Positions 11,845 to 24,148 of a stretch of 64,000 nucleotides of DNA are shown in pieces (the stretch's first letter is position 1; each line of letters starts with the position of its first letter). This DNA is from Leucoraja erinacea (Eukaryota). Position numbers and translations under genes: made by a program. Location: assembly GCF_028641065.1 (NCBI RefSeq), contig NC_073386.1:11656001-11720000 (forward strand), written 5' to 3'. The notes below the pieces were generated by a model that saw only the letters and a program-made list of their open reading frames with translations, was not told the DNA's origin and ran no database searches.

Positions 11845-12261
11845 TTAGTTTAGGTTAGTGTAGAGATACAGTGCGGAAACAGGCCCTTTGGCCCTCCGAG
11901 TCTGCGCCGACCAGCAGCCTCCATGCACTAACACTATCTTAAACACACTAGCGACAATTTACAATTTTACCAAGCCGATTAGCCTACTTATCCGAAGAAG
12001 GGTTTCGGCCCGAAACGTCGCCTATTTTCTTCGCTCCATAGATGCTGCTGCACCCGCTGAGTTTCTCCAGCAATTTTGTGTACCTTCGATTAGCCTACTA
12101 ACCTGAATGTCTTTGGAGTGTCGGAGGAAACTGGAGCGCCCGGAGGAAAACCATGCAGGTCATAAGGAGAACGTACAAACTCCGTACAGACAGCACCCGT
12201 AGTCAGGATTGAACCCCGGTCTCTGGCGTTGTAGGGCAGAAACTCTACCACTGCGCCACCA
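11845..12261 (-). mobile_element. HE1-like SINE interrupted by a short Penelope-derived fragment (11989-12086)
   Basis: SINE reverse complement; the insert is flanked by TSD cgattagcctact (11976-11988 and 12087-12099). Confidence 0.85.
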
Positions 12262-12639
12262 CTCTAATCTCTTTCATAATAGTTTCCACCAAATAATTAA
12301 CAGCAAAAAAATTATGTTTTTGTTTGTAAGTTGCAAGCTGAACTTTAAGGATTTTCAAGCATTGAGGAAAATATTTTCATTGATTGGAAAATGTAGGAGA
12401 ACATCAAAAGATCTCAATGTCTGTCAAAAATGTGAAATACTATAAAGCAGGTTTGCTGAGATGGAGGAACCTAATGCTGGAACTTGCTCCAAAAAGCCTT
12501 ATGTTCTGCATTGAACAGTCAGCATATGTTCTTGCATCAGGATGTTCAGGATATGTTGCAAGTTTGGAAGTCCATAATTTGATGGCTGAATGTCACAATA
12601 GATCAGAAGTTGCATTGATGTGAAGGGCGGCTAATTCCT

Positions 12640-13075
12640 CCTCTGACATATGATGAAAGATCGGGTCGACTGGGCTTACATTCACTGGAATTTAGAAGGA
12701 TGAGAGGAGATCTTATAGAAACATATACAATTCTTAAGGGATTGAACGGGCTAGATGCAGGAAAAATGTTCCCCATGTCGGTGGAGTCCAGAACCAGGGG
12801 TCACAGTTTAAGAATAAGGGGTAGGCCATTTAGGACCGAGATGTGAAAAAACCATTTCAGCCAGAGAGTTGTGAAACTGTGGAATTCTCTGCCACAGAAG
12901 GCAATGCAGGCAAATTCACTGGATGTTTTTAAGAGAGGGTTAGATTTACTCTTAGGACTAACGTAATCAGGGTGTTTGGGGGAAAAGCAGGAACGTGGTC
13001 CTAATTTGGGATGATATTGAATGGCGGTGCTGACGAAGGGCTGAATGGCCTACTCCTGCACCTATTTTCTATGTT
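12640..13075 (+). mobile_element. CR1/HER1 LINE 3' fragment
   Basis: ctggaatttagaaggatgagaggagatctt...gaatggcctactcctgcacctattttctatg tail. Confidence 0.85.
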
Positions 13076-13198
13076 TTCTGCTTTTCCCCTCTGGACTATA
13101 ACCCTTTGCTCCATGTTTGGGTCAAGGCTGTGATGAGGTTTGGAAAGGTTTGATGGAAAAAAAAAACAAAATAGATATAAATAACTTTAACAATGGTT

Positions 13199-13339
13199 CT
13201 TCTTCTTCTTGCGTATGGCGTGCACAGCCTAAAGTTATAGGACAACTTGTTCTATTTGATCTTACTTGATTGTGCACGCATGCGACAATGCATTCGTCGA
13301 AACAGGGCGGACCACGTGAAGGTTGCAATCTCCCACCCC
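13199..13339 (-). mobile_element. About 140-bp (GAA)n-tailed short retroposon
   Basis: TSD taacaatggttc on both sides; homologues at 23698 and 34120. Confidence 0.8.
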
Positions 13340-13349
13340 TAACAATGGT

Positions 13350-13812
13350 TCAATGGTGCTTGAGTGTCACATGTGCGAAGTGCAAAAGCACTGAAATCAT
13401 TTTATTACAAACAGTCCAGTAATCGCTATTCCACTCCAGAATAGCCATTGTACAGAAATGGTCTACTGACCCCACAAACAAGAGGTGACATATTTGGCAC
13501 CATTTTCCAAGTCCAGTCCACGCTCCAGTTGTTATGAGCGGTGCCCGATTCAGGCAAGCACCTGGCTGCTGCTGCGGGCCTCCCTTTGTTGACCAGCAAC
13601 TTATATCTTCTCCTCGCCCGTTTACCTTTGTTCCCCGAGGGGGCGGGGGGGGATCCTGCAGCTGACCTCGAGGGCATGGTAGGCCCGGCCCCGGTTCCCC
13701 CTCCTACCAGCCTCTCTCCTCTACCGTTGCATGCGTCGTCTCCAGCTCCATCCTCTGATCTTGCGGGGACGAGCAATGACGGCTCGGCGGGCTCCCCCCT
13801 CCCCCAGCTCCT
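13350..13812 (-). mobile_element. GC-rich non-autonomous element with a Rex1-like 3' tail
   Basis: Tail tgtcacatgtgc...gcactgaaatc on the + strand followed by a GC-rich body; family not identified. Confidence 0.4.
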
Positions 13813-13847
13813 CCATTATTATTATTGGTGAATATATATTAGATAGT

Positions 13848-14135
13848 TGCGGCACGGCGGTGCAACGGTAGAGTTGCTGCCGTACAGAGCCAGAGGCACG
13901 GGTGCTGTCTATACGGAGTTTGTACGATTTCCCCATGACCTGCGTCAGTTTTCTCCAGGGTGCTCCAGTTTCCTCCCACACTCCAAATGGACATACAGGT
14001 TTGTAGGTTAATTACCTTTGGTAAAATTGTAAATTGTCCCTCGTCTGTTTAGGATAGTGTTAGTGTGCAGCTGTCGCTGGTCGGCACGGACTCGGTGAGC
14101 CGAAGGGCCTGGTTCCATGCTGAATCTCCAACTGA
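13848..14135 (+). mobile_element. HE1-like SINE
   Basis: gcggcacggcggtgcaacggtagagttgctgcc head, V-domain and CR1 tail. Confidence 0.8.
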
Positions 14136-14744
14136 ACTGGTTTGGAGGGATATGGACCAAGCGCAGGCAGGTGCGACTAGTGTAGCTGGGACATGTTGGC
14201 CGGTGTGGATAAGTTGGGCCTGTTTCTACACTCTATGATTCTAAACTAAACTAAACTAAATCGTTAAAAAAAAAAATCCTGAAGAATTTATTGACTTTAC
14301 TCAGTGTTTGAAAGTGCATTTAATTTATAATGAGTAACTATTTAATGTTTTATTTCCAATGTTCTTGGCATAACTAGGCAAATCTTGGGAAGATGGCATG
14401 CCATCTGTTAAGCATTTCATCAGACATGTTAGATGAGGTTTGCCTATGCATTCCACACTCTCCACATGACAACATTCTGCCATCATGCAGAGCCTTGCAA
14501 TTCAAGATCGAGACTGCATTTAGCACAGATTAATATCAGTGGATTTACAAGTTTGTATATTTTCCACGTCAGAGATTTGTCAGTGGGCTACCAAGATCTG
14601 CAATTCCCTGGCTCTGGTGAATGCTGTTAATTTTCCCAACCCTCCAAATCTTTCACACAAATCAACAAGCAGGGTCTGTTTCCCTAGACGATACAATGAA
14701 CCATAAATAAATGTTATGTAGGCAGGCAGGTGGGACTAGTGTAG

Positions 14745-15180
14745 CAGTCTGAAGAAGGTTCTCAACCCAAAACGTCACCTATTCCTTCTCTCCAGAGATG
14801 CTGAGTCACTCCAGCATTTTGTGTGTAGCTGGGACATGTTGTCCGGTGTGGACAAGTTGGGCCAAAGGACATGTTTCCACTCATTATCACTCTATGACTC
14901 CATAACACAAGGATGCACATGCTGGAATCTTGAGTAAAACACAAAGTGTTAGATAACTCAGCGGGTCAGATTGCATCTATGGAGGGAACGGATCAGTCAG
15001 AGAAAGGGTCCTGACCCGAAACATCGCCTATCCTTTCCATCCTTAGATGTAGAAACAAGGAACAGCAAATGATGATTGACACAAAAGTGCTGAGGTAACT
15101 CAGCAAACCAGGCAGCATCTCTGGAGAATGTGGATAGGTTACTTCCTGACTTGTCGAGTTACGGCAGCACTTTGTGTCGT
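14745..15180. mobile_element. Cluster of short Penelope-derived terminal fragments in both orientations
   Basis: agtctgaagaagg...cccaaaacgtcacctattcc and its reverse complement recur; the first copy sits in a CR1 tail with TSD gtgtagc. Confidence 0.7.
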
Positions 15181-15499
15181 GTGACATATTTGAAGGAGCG
15201 TTTAACTTAGTGTGAACTGTATACCAGTTTGTGATCTCATACGTCAGCAACATTTACCGATGAATGAATTTAACATGGCCTTTAACTCTGGATTAGCATT
15301 GAAATGGAACAACTTCCATGGTGCCTGACAAAAACTGGGGACATGGGAATAATGGAATTGCTTCCGAAGATGCCTGTGTAGATTTGATTGTGGATGATCA
15401 GCCATGATCACATTGAATGGTGGTGCTGGCTAGAAGGCCCGAATGGCCTACTCCTGCACCTATTGTCTATTGTCTCTTGACAATAGGCTGAATGATTTG

Positions 15500-16020
15500 C
15501 TTGGAGTCATGGAGTCAAAGGGCATGGAGACAGAACCAACTTGCCCGCACAAGCCAACTTGCCCCATCTACACTTGTCCCACTTGCCTGTGTTTGGCTTA
15601 TATCCATCCACCCCTTCCTAACCACATACCTGTACAAATGTTTCCTGAACATTATGATAGTACTTGCCTCAACTACCTTCTCTGGCAGCCCATTCCATAT
15701 GCCTTCCACCTTTTGTTTAAAAAACGTTGCCCCTCAGGTTCCTATTAAATCTATCTCCCCTCACCTTAAACCAATGTCCTCTGTTTCTTGGTCCCTTTAC
15801 TCTGGGTAAAATACTTTGTGAATATACCCTATCTAATTCTCTCATGATCTTGTACACCTCTATAAGATCATCCTGAGCTCCAAGGAATAAAGTCCTAGCC
15901 TGCTCAACCTCTCCTTATAGCTCAGGCCCTCGAGTCCAGGCAACATCCCCGTAAATCTTCTGTCCCCTTTCCGGCTTAACAATATCTTTTGTATGGCAGG
16001 TTGACTAAAGTTGAACACCA
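15500..16020 (-). mobile_element. CR1 LINE 3' fragment
   Basis: ORF 15515-15709 (-) GIWNGLPEKVVEASTIIMFRKHLYRY is the CR1 ORF2 end. Confidence 0.85.
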
Positions 16021-16238
16021 TACACAATAATGGACCATTGTTGGCTCCACCTTTCCTGAGTCATTGATGCAGGCTCTGTTTTGTTCTGTTCCTTCCCATA
16101 CCTCGGGTTCCCCCCTCCCTGACACTTAGTCTGATGAAGGGTCTTGACCCAAAACGTCACATATTCCTTCTCTCCAGTGATGCTGCCTGGCCTGCTGAGT
16201 TACTACAGCATTTTGTGTGTATCTTCTGTGTAAATCAG

Positions 16239-16993
16239 TGTTAATCCTGGCCAGATTGGAGAGGCTAGGACTTTAACATGGGGTAAAAGCTTCAGGGCTG
16301 CTGAGAGATTTGGTCAATTTGAACGTGCTCTCTGTGGAATTGGGACAAGCTGCAGAGTGGTGCCAGTTTGTCTAGAGCCTAGATCCAAGCTGCAGGAAAA
16401 GAATAAGAACATCTGCAGACCCTGTCAATTAGGTGCAAAATGCATAGAATAGATTGGATGACTGCAAACCAGACATACACTGTGTAAATAATTGTAAATA
16501 ATGTTGCAGAGTTTCACTTGATTGGATGAGGTATTGAGCCTTGTCTGTTTTTCTTGCAGATCAGGGTAAATGTTGCTATGTTTGCTTCCCTGTGAAGCCC
16601 TGTTTGAATACAATGTATTAGCTGCTGTATTATAGGGAAATGTCTGTTATGTATGGGGTTAATCAATATCTGTAATTGGATTGTAAAGAGACCACCCACA
16701 TGTGGTTCGGTCCCTCAAAGTCCGGGGACCTATAAAAGTCCGCTACCACGAGGTCCCGCGTCGATCTTCTGGGAGAGCACTTCGGACTGCATGACGTACT
16801 GGAGTGTCTCTGTTTGAGCGAGGCCTAGAGGGCTTGAACAGGCAGAAACGGGGATCGAACCCGCGGTGGTTAGGTACAGTGGTGGGAACTGTAATTGTGT
16901 TTTGTCAAAATAAAGATTAGTTGATCAAGTGCTTGATTCAGTGGTTTTTGACTGAAACTAGACTGGGGAAAAGCTTAGAACGAGCAATTTACA
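16239..16993 (+). mobile_element. Solo LTR, copy 2
   Basis: TGTTAATCC...AATTTACA; 4-bp TSD TCAG/CCAG inside a Penelope-derived repeat (taaaccagcatctgcag); homologous to 694-1469. Confidence 0.88.
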
Positions 16994-17472
16994 CCAGCAT
17001 CTGCAGATCCTTCTTAGACAATACTACCTATGTGGCCTCACCTATGTCCTGTACATTTGTAACATGACCTCCCAACGTCTTTACTCAATTCTGTAACAAT
17101 TCTACAGTCCGAAGCAATGGACACTTTCATTTCTACTATGAGTGCTGTGCTTTGTCAAATGCTTTGGATAGGTGAGCAACAACAGCAACAGATTGCCTAT
17201 TATATTCTGTGGTATCAGTGGTGAACCATTCCAGACAATGTGTGCATGCAACTGAATGGACACAAGGGAAAAATATTATAGGCAGACGTTCACTCTTTGA
17301 GATTGTTCTTGGGTGTTGGCCTGGCCCAGGGATGAACAGGGATCATAGATTGTGAGTCTATCTATAATGTTCCTTCCTTTGGTCCAGGCAGCAGGCCACA
17401 CCTGTTATTGCTGCTCACCCCTCCAAAGTGACTGTCAAAATCCAATAATAAACGAATATCAAACACTTTAAG

Positions 17473-17777
17473 GGTGGCACGGTGGCATAGCGGTAGAGCT
17501 ACTGCCCTACAGTGCCAGAGGCCCGGGTTCGATCCTGACTACGGGTGCTTGTCCGTATGGAGTCTGTATATTCTTCTCATGACCTGCGTGGGTTTCTCCA
17601 AGATCTCCGGTTTATCCCACACTCCAAAGACGTACAGGTTTGTAGGTTAATTTGGTTTCAGAAAAAAATTGTAAATTATCGCTGGTACATAGGATAGTAC
17701 TCGTGTAGTATGGGTATTGCTGGTCAGCGCAGACTCAGTGGGCTGAAGAGCCTGTTGCCGCGCTGTAAACTAAACTT
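17473..17777 (+). mobile_element. HE1-like SINE
   Basis: gggtggcacggtggcatagcggtagag...gggttcgatcc head, V-domain and tail. Confidence 0.85.
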
Positions 17778-18463
17778 AATGATGTAGCCACAATGCTGTA
17801 TACAAAATTAGATGTGTGTATAAGCCATAAAGCTCGAGCTGAATAAGTTATGGCTAATATTCTTCTTCACCTTCTCTTTCTTCATTGCCCACATCGCTTG
17901 TCGCCTTTAGCAACATTCACCTGCTGTCTTATTCCTGTCATTTTTTGTACTCTGCCATTGTATTATGTCTCTTTTACGACAGTGTCAGCTGTGTAAATTT
18001 AATCCATTGATGCAGAATCAAATAACTCTAGTAAATTTTAGCATTTCCCTTTAATCGCTGTTTAAATATTTCATGAAGATGAAGAAAATCAATTCCAGCG
18101 ATGTGCATTGGATTTGTTTATCCCAAGGAGCATTCTAGGCACCATAGCCAATAGTTTGTATTCAGTTCATTAATGTGAAAGTACAAAATCACTGCAACTT
18201 AAATACAACATTAGTACTTGCACTAGATCAAATACACAGCAGTGTGGTACTGTTAGACACAACAAGTCTTGTGTAAGCAATTAGGACGGTTTAAAATGAC
18301 TTCACAAAGTTACAACCACACAAGGCAATTTTACTTTGTAATCAACATTTCATGTTGAACTTCGTAATTCACAGCTAACACAAGAATTCAGTGCAGTAAT
18401 ATGCTTTTATCCACATCTTTTTATGCACAAGAATTGACAATGTTTTTTCAATAACTAAAAATA

Positions 18464-20365
18464 TGAATGAATGAATGAATAGGTTTATTGGCCAAGTATT
18501 CACATACAAGGAATTTGCCTTGGTGCTGCACCCGCAAGTGACAACATGACATTTAGGAATGAAACGTAAAACATTAAACATTAATAATAAAACATTATCG
18601 ATTAAACATGTGAATATAATAAAATACCAGTGCAAAAGGACGTTACAGATTTTTGGTTATTGTGTAGGAAAAATGCTGTTTTTATGTCTGGCTGTGGCAC
18701 CTTTGACAGTCCAGAGGGAAGTGATTTAAAGAGTTTGTGGCCAGGGTGAGAGGGGTCAGAGATGATCTTACCCGCTTGCTTCCCGGCTTTTGCAGTGTAC
18801 AGTTCGTCAATGGAGGGAAGGTTGCTGCCAATAACCTTCTCAGCTGATCGGACGATTCGCTGCAGCCTCCAGGTGTCGTGCTTGGTGGCTGAGCCAAACC
18901 AGACCATGATGGAGAAGGTGAGGACAGACTCTACGATGGCCGTATAGAATTGGACCATCATTGCCTGTGGCAGATTGTGCTTCCTCAGCTGCCGCAGGAA
19001 GTACATCCTCTGTGGTGCCTTTTTGACTGTGGAGTCGATGGTAAGTAAGTAAGTAAGTACATTTTATTTATATAGCACGTTTAAATCAACTCGCGTTGAA
19101 ACCAAAGTGCTTTACATAAAATAAATAATTAAGTTTCCGTACATCCATAGAAAAAAATTAATAAGATAAAATGACACAACACATTATAGAATTCAACATG
19201 AACGTCCCCCCACAACAGAATCAAAATTTTCCACTGTGGGGAAATGCATCAAAAAGTTTAGTCCTCTTCCTCTGTGAATCACCCGAGGTCGGGGCCTATT
19301 TGTGGCCTCTGCAGCCAGTCCGATGTTTGCAGGCCCTCTTGCCGGAAAGCTGGAACTCCGGCATTCGGGTGAACACTCCTCGGTGGCTTGGAAATGTCTG
19401 GAGCGGCCGCTTCCTCCCAGGAGACTGCGGCACCCGAAGTCGACAGGCCGCGCTGGCCGGAGCTCCGCCGATCTCGGCAAGAGATCCCAGGCTCCGCGGT
19501 GTTTTAAATCAAGCGCTGCCCGCCCGCGGCTGGACGCCCGCAGCCACAGCTCCTCGGATGTTGGAGTCGGCGGTCACAGCACTCCGGAGCTTACCGCACG
19601 GCGACCCGGTAAGGCATCGCCCGCTCCGTGACGGTGTCCCAGCATTTAAGGTCCTTGGAAATGATGATTCCCAATAACTTAAAATACTCCACAGATGTGA
19701 CTGTGGTGTTGTTGATGGTGAGTGGGGTGAGGGTAGGGGAAACTCTCCTGAAGTCTACAATCAATTCCACTGTCTTAAGGGCTTTGAGCTCCAGGTTGTT
19801 GCAATGGCACCAGGACGCCAGCTGTATCACTTCCTGTCTGTCGGCAGATTCCTCCCCATCCTGGATCAGTCCAATCAGGGTTGTGTCATCCGCAAACTTG
19901 AGAAGCTTGACAGAGGAGTCAGTGGAGGTGCAGTCATTGGTGTAGAAAGTGTAGAGGGGAGAGTATGCAGCCTTGCGGTGCTCCTATGCTGAGGGTCTGT
20001 GGGTCCAAGATGTGCTTTCCCAGCCTCACATGCTGTTTCCTGTCTGTCGGGATGCTGGTGATCCACCGGCACAGTCTACTTGGACAGTTTGGAGTGCAGT
20101 CGCTCTGGCACAATGGTCCTGAATGCAGAGCTAAAATCAACAAACAAAATCCTCGCATAGGTCCCCTGGCGGTCTAGGTGCTGGAGGATAAAGTACTGGC
20201 CCAGGTTGACTGCATCATCCACAGATCTATTGGCCCAATATGCAAACTGCAGAGGGTCCAGCAGGGGGTTTGTGATATTTTTCAGCTTGGCCAGCACAAG
20301 CCTTTTAAGGGTCTTCAAGTGTCAGTGCGACAGGCTTGTAGTCATTAGGACCAGTAACCCATGCC
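18464..20365 (-). mobile_element. Rex1/Babar LINE, RT domain to 3' end, interrupted at 19043-19629
   Basis: ORFs include LDPLQFAYWANRSVDDAV, YARILFVDFSSAF and GAPQGCILSP; FADD codons at about 19885; C-terminal MYFLRQLRKHNLPQ; (attc)n tail. Confidence 0.9.
19043..19629 (-). mobile_element. GC-rich non-autonomous retroposon with an L2-type 3' tail
   Basis: On the minus strand it ends aagcactttggtttcaacgcgagttgatttaaacgtgctatataaataaaatgtac(ttac)n; TSD gatggt/gacggt; body homologous to 7000-7330. Confidence 0.7.
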
Positions 20366-21208
20366 TTTTTATATACATTAGAGTTGTCATTTTCAATTAC
20401 AATTAAGACTATATGTAGTTTCTGATGCTATCTCACTCTGGAAATCCATTTATTTTTTGGCTCAATATTGCATATGCCTATGAAATGTCATAAAAGTAAT
20501 GCGGGCACAAAAGCAATCTACTTGATACTATGTTTAGTTGGGGTCACGACAATTTACAATGGCAAACAGAACAATACTTATCGATAACGTTTAAGGTACC
20601 GCATGTTCTTATCAATAATGTCACCTGCAAAGTTGTTAATCAAATGATTTTTCTAAATCGACAAAATTTTGAGCAGCACTTAAGTGCTCTGTTGAACACG
20701 GAACTTGTTTTTTGAACAAGTAGGATTCAGAATGCTATTATTCAACACCAAATCATAACTATATAACATAAAACGTCTGTATGTAAAGATAAAATTGGAG
20801 AACATCTCCATAATTTTTCACCAATTTTCAACTCTGGGTTTACATACAGAGTAAGCCAATCAGTATACTACCCAATTCAATTTGTCTCTTTGACTTTACT
20901 CTTCCTATATGTGATTTCAATTGGGAAATGTGATGTGGATTCTAACAATCCAATAATGTTTTCAGAAAATCAAGTTAAAACAATTCAAGTGCTCGCCTTT
21001 GTTAATAAATAAATAAGGTTCTTATACTTAAAAATAATTCTTGTGCATGTGAATGTAATATATATGTATAGATAAAAGATGAATAATTCAAGCTTTATGT
21101 AATTTTTAGTATGTGTATACATATATATTTCAGTCATGTCTTTTATCTTTATTTCAGTTTTGTGGGTTATTAATGCTAGCAAAATTGGGCTTTTTTAGTT
21201 ACTAAAAT

Positions 21209-21244
21209 AATATATATATACATATGTGTGTGTGTGTGTGTGTG

Positions 21245-21291
<47 letters not shown>

Positions 21292-21292
21292 G
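21209..21292. repeat. Compound (TA)n/(TG)n microsatellite
   Basis: Directly visible. Confidence 0.95.
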
Positions 21293-22039
21293 TTTGTGTA
21301 AATGTGTATATATACTAAAAAGTACATATAAAGCTTGAATGTCAGTCTTTTATCTTTATTTCAGTTTTGTGGCTTATCAACATTTAGTTACTGAAATAAT
21401 TCAAGCAAGTGCTTCAAATTTCAGTTCCAGTAACAAATTGCAACTAAATTGGTAATGACAATAAGTAATATCTTCCTCTTCAAAATCGCACATTGCCACC
21501 CACAGTTATGCTAATCTGGGTCTCCCCATGACCCTTGTGCAGCGAGTGATTAGTCCAACATATTACACGTTCATGAAGAAATGTAATTAGGCAATGGTCC
21601 ACGCACACTATCCACATTTCAAAAACTGCATTCTTGAGGCAAAATCCTTGGCATGAAAATATACTTTGCCGACAAAGACCTTTACCAGTGAGTCTAAAGG
21701 AAAATACTTTCTTAAATAGCTTTCCTCTTTTTATTTGGTTCTTGTCAGTACAAAACAAAAAAATCAAAGTCTAAATAGATATGTGTGGTAATTAGCAAAA
21801 CCCTAGACACACTACTACACCCCATTTCACCCCAGCACCTGTCCTGAGACCTACCCACTTAACAGGACAAAGGTTTGTCTCTCCATTTTGGCAAGGAAAT
21901 GTGGTCTGCCAGTTAATGTTGGTTTGTCCTCCAGTGTAACAAATCTGAAAGCAGTTCTGCACACTAGCTCCATAATTTAATTTTCCCTATTTTTATCATA
22001 ATATCATAAGGAGAAGTAGGCCATTCGGCCCATCAAGGA

Positions 22040-22275
22040 GAAATTTATTTTGTCAGAGGGGTAGTGATTCTGTAGAATTCTTTGCCACAGAAGGCTGTGG
22101 AGGCCGTCAGTGGATATTTTTAAGGTAGAGATAGATAAATTCTTGATTAGTACGGGTGTCAGAGGTTATGGGGATAAGGCAGGAGAATGGGGCTAGGAGG
22201 GAGAGATAGATCAGCCATGATTGAATGGCAGAGTAGACTTGATGACCTAATCCTACTCCTATTCCTTATGACCTT
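22040..22275 (+). mobile_element. CR1/HER1 LINE 3' end
   Basis: gccacagaaggctgtggaggcc...gatcagccatgattgaatggc. Confidence 0.8.
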
Positions 22276-23697
22276 ACGACAATATATAACTACCAAAATC
22301 ACAATTAATTAATAACCACACATACAAGAATGTTTAGCAATATATTTTAAAAATCTACAATTCCAAACATTTTGTGATCAACATGATGTATATCTTCCAA
22401 TTCATTAATTTGCTAAGATGTCACATCCACCCCAGCATCCACCCTGTAATAAAGATTTTTTTTTTTGGAGTTGCTGCACTCATAAAATTGGTTCTTTTAA
22501 ATATATTGGATCATTTTACAGCTTTTTAACCAGCATAAAGCAATAGTTGCTTAACCCACTGAACCCCACGCAACATATCATCGAACCTATCTACTTTATT
22601 AAAGGTTATTATTTGATTTATCTTGAGAATTTTTTTCATCCAAAAAAGTACTCTGGGGAAGAAGGGAAAAAAAAACAATTCCACGTGCACTGGTCACAAA
22701 GTAATCATGTGAAATGATTGCCTTGTTGCGGCAAAACGAGTGATCATTATTTTCCACTTTCGATGACGCCTGATGCACTCTTTCCATCTGCCGACCTGTG
22801 AGGTGTGGTCTAACCACAGCGTGCCAACAATGGTCTGGGAGGTTTCTGGCTTCAGGCTCACCATGTTACTTATCGCAACCACAGTCTACTTTCACATATA
22901 AGACAGCTGTTACACGGTGTTTGATATCCTTTGATCCCCGAAGACCTCCAAGACACGTTTCACAAAAGCCTTCCGAGCACAAAATATAATCTGCTTATAA
23001 CGTCCCACATTTTCATTTATTGCTCTTTAAATGGTAGCTTCCTGACTCCGCACAATGCATTATTTACACGATGCCCTACATTAGCTTAACTACATCTGGC
23101 ACTTTTATCTCTCGACATGACAGAAACTACATTTAACCAAAATCAAAAAAGATTAAGCTTATAAAAGGCACATTCCAAGATTTCACAGGCAATAAAGAGA
23201 TTTCCAAAACAATACAAGAGCTTCTTAAAAAAAGAACATTGTAAGTGTTTTATATTAAAAAAAAATAAACATGCAGAGAAAGGAAATCTAAATAATTTGC
23301 AACTTAAAATTATTGTAGTATGGTATTATTTTATGCTAATTCCTGATAGCTTTCACCCCTTAGCTCACAGAAATGAAGATTACAATTATGCTTAATGCCA
23401 AAAAAATGGTAGGATAAGCTTATGGTTTATTGGTTGGAAGATACTCCAGATATTTATGGCTAGGTATCACATAGGTAGTTGAGTGGAGTGGGATAAGGCA
23501 GTTTTGAACAGAAAACCTGAAAGCCATGTATTCCATTTTAATTTAGTGTCTGTTTTCTTTTCTGGTCAATGTGGTTTGATGAGAAAAAGCCCCAAAATGC
23601 TGGAATAACTCAGCGGGTCAGGCAGCATTTCCGGAGGACATAGAGAGGTGACGTTATGGGCTGGGACCCTTTGGTTTGGTTTGATAGACTTGTCTTT

Positions 23698-23829
23698 GGG
23701 TTGGAAGATTACAGCCTTCACGTGGTTCACCCTGTTTCGACTAATGCAATCAACATGACGTGCACAAACAAATAGATCAAACAGACAAAGTTGACAACTT
23801 TAGGCTGTGCATGCCAAACGCAAGAAGAA
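23698..23829 (+). mobile_element. About 140-bp (GAA)n-tailed short retroposon
   Basis: TSD agacttgtcttt; sits at the end of the L1 poly(A) tail. Confidence 0.8.
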
Positions 23830-24148
23830 GACTTGTCTTTTTTTTAAATATTTTATTTATTAGAAGTGAGTACAATGCATTGGTACAAAAACGATGTTAA
23901 CATATTACATTCTCTGGTCAACTTCCCTTTTTGTTTAAAGAGAGAAGTGAGAAAGGAGAGAAGAAAAAGAGGTTGTGAAAAGTGAAGAATAGATTAGTGA
24001 GCGTGGGTGAAAAACCAATAAAGAAAAAGTGAAAGAGAAGGAATAAGTTAAGAAGGAAAGCAGGAGGGAGATTATTCCATTGCCACAGTGAGATGTTTTT
24101 TTTGAATATTCTAAATCATCTTTCACCCATACCTGAAACTGTTGGTTT

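Noticed and set aside
694-16993. A single 16-kb provirus bounded by the two LTRs
   Set aside because: Each LTR has its own TSD and host repeat, and there is no PBS, PPT or gag/pol between them.
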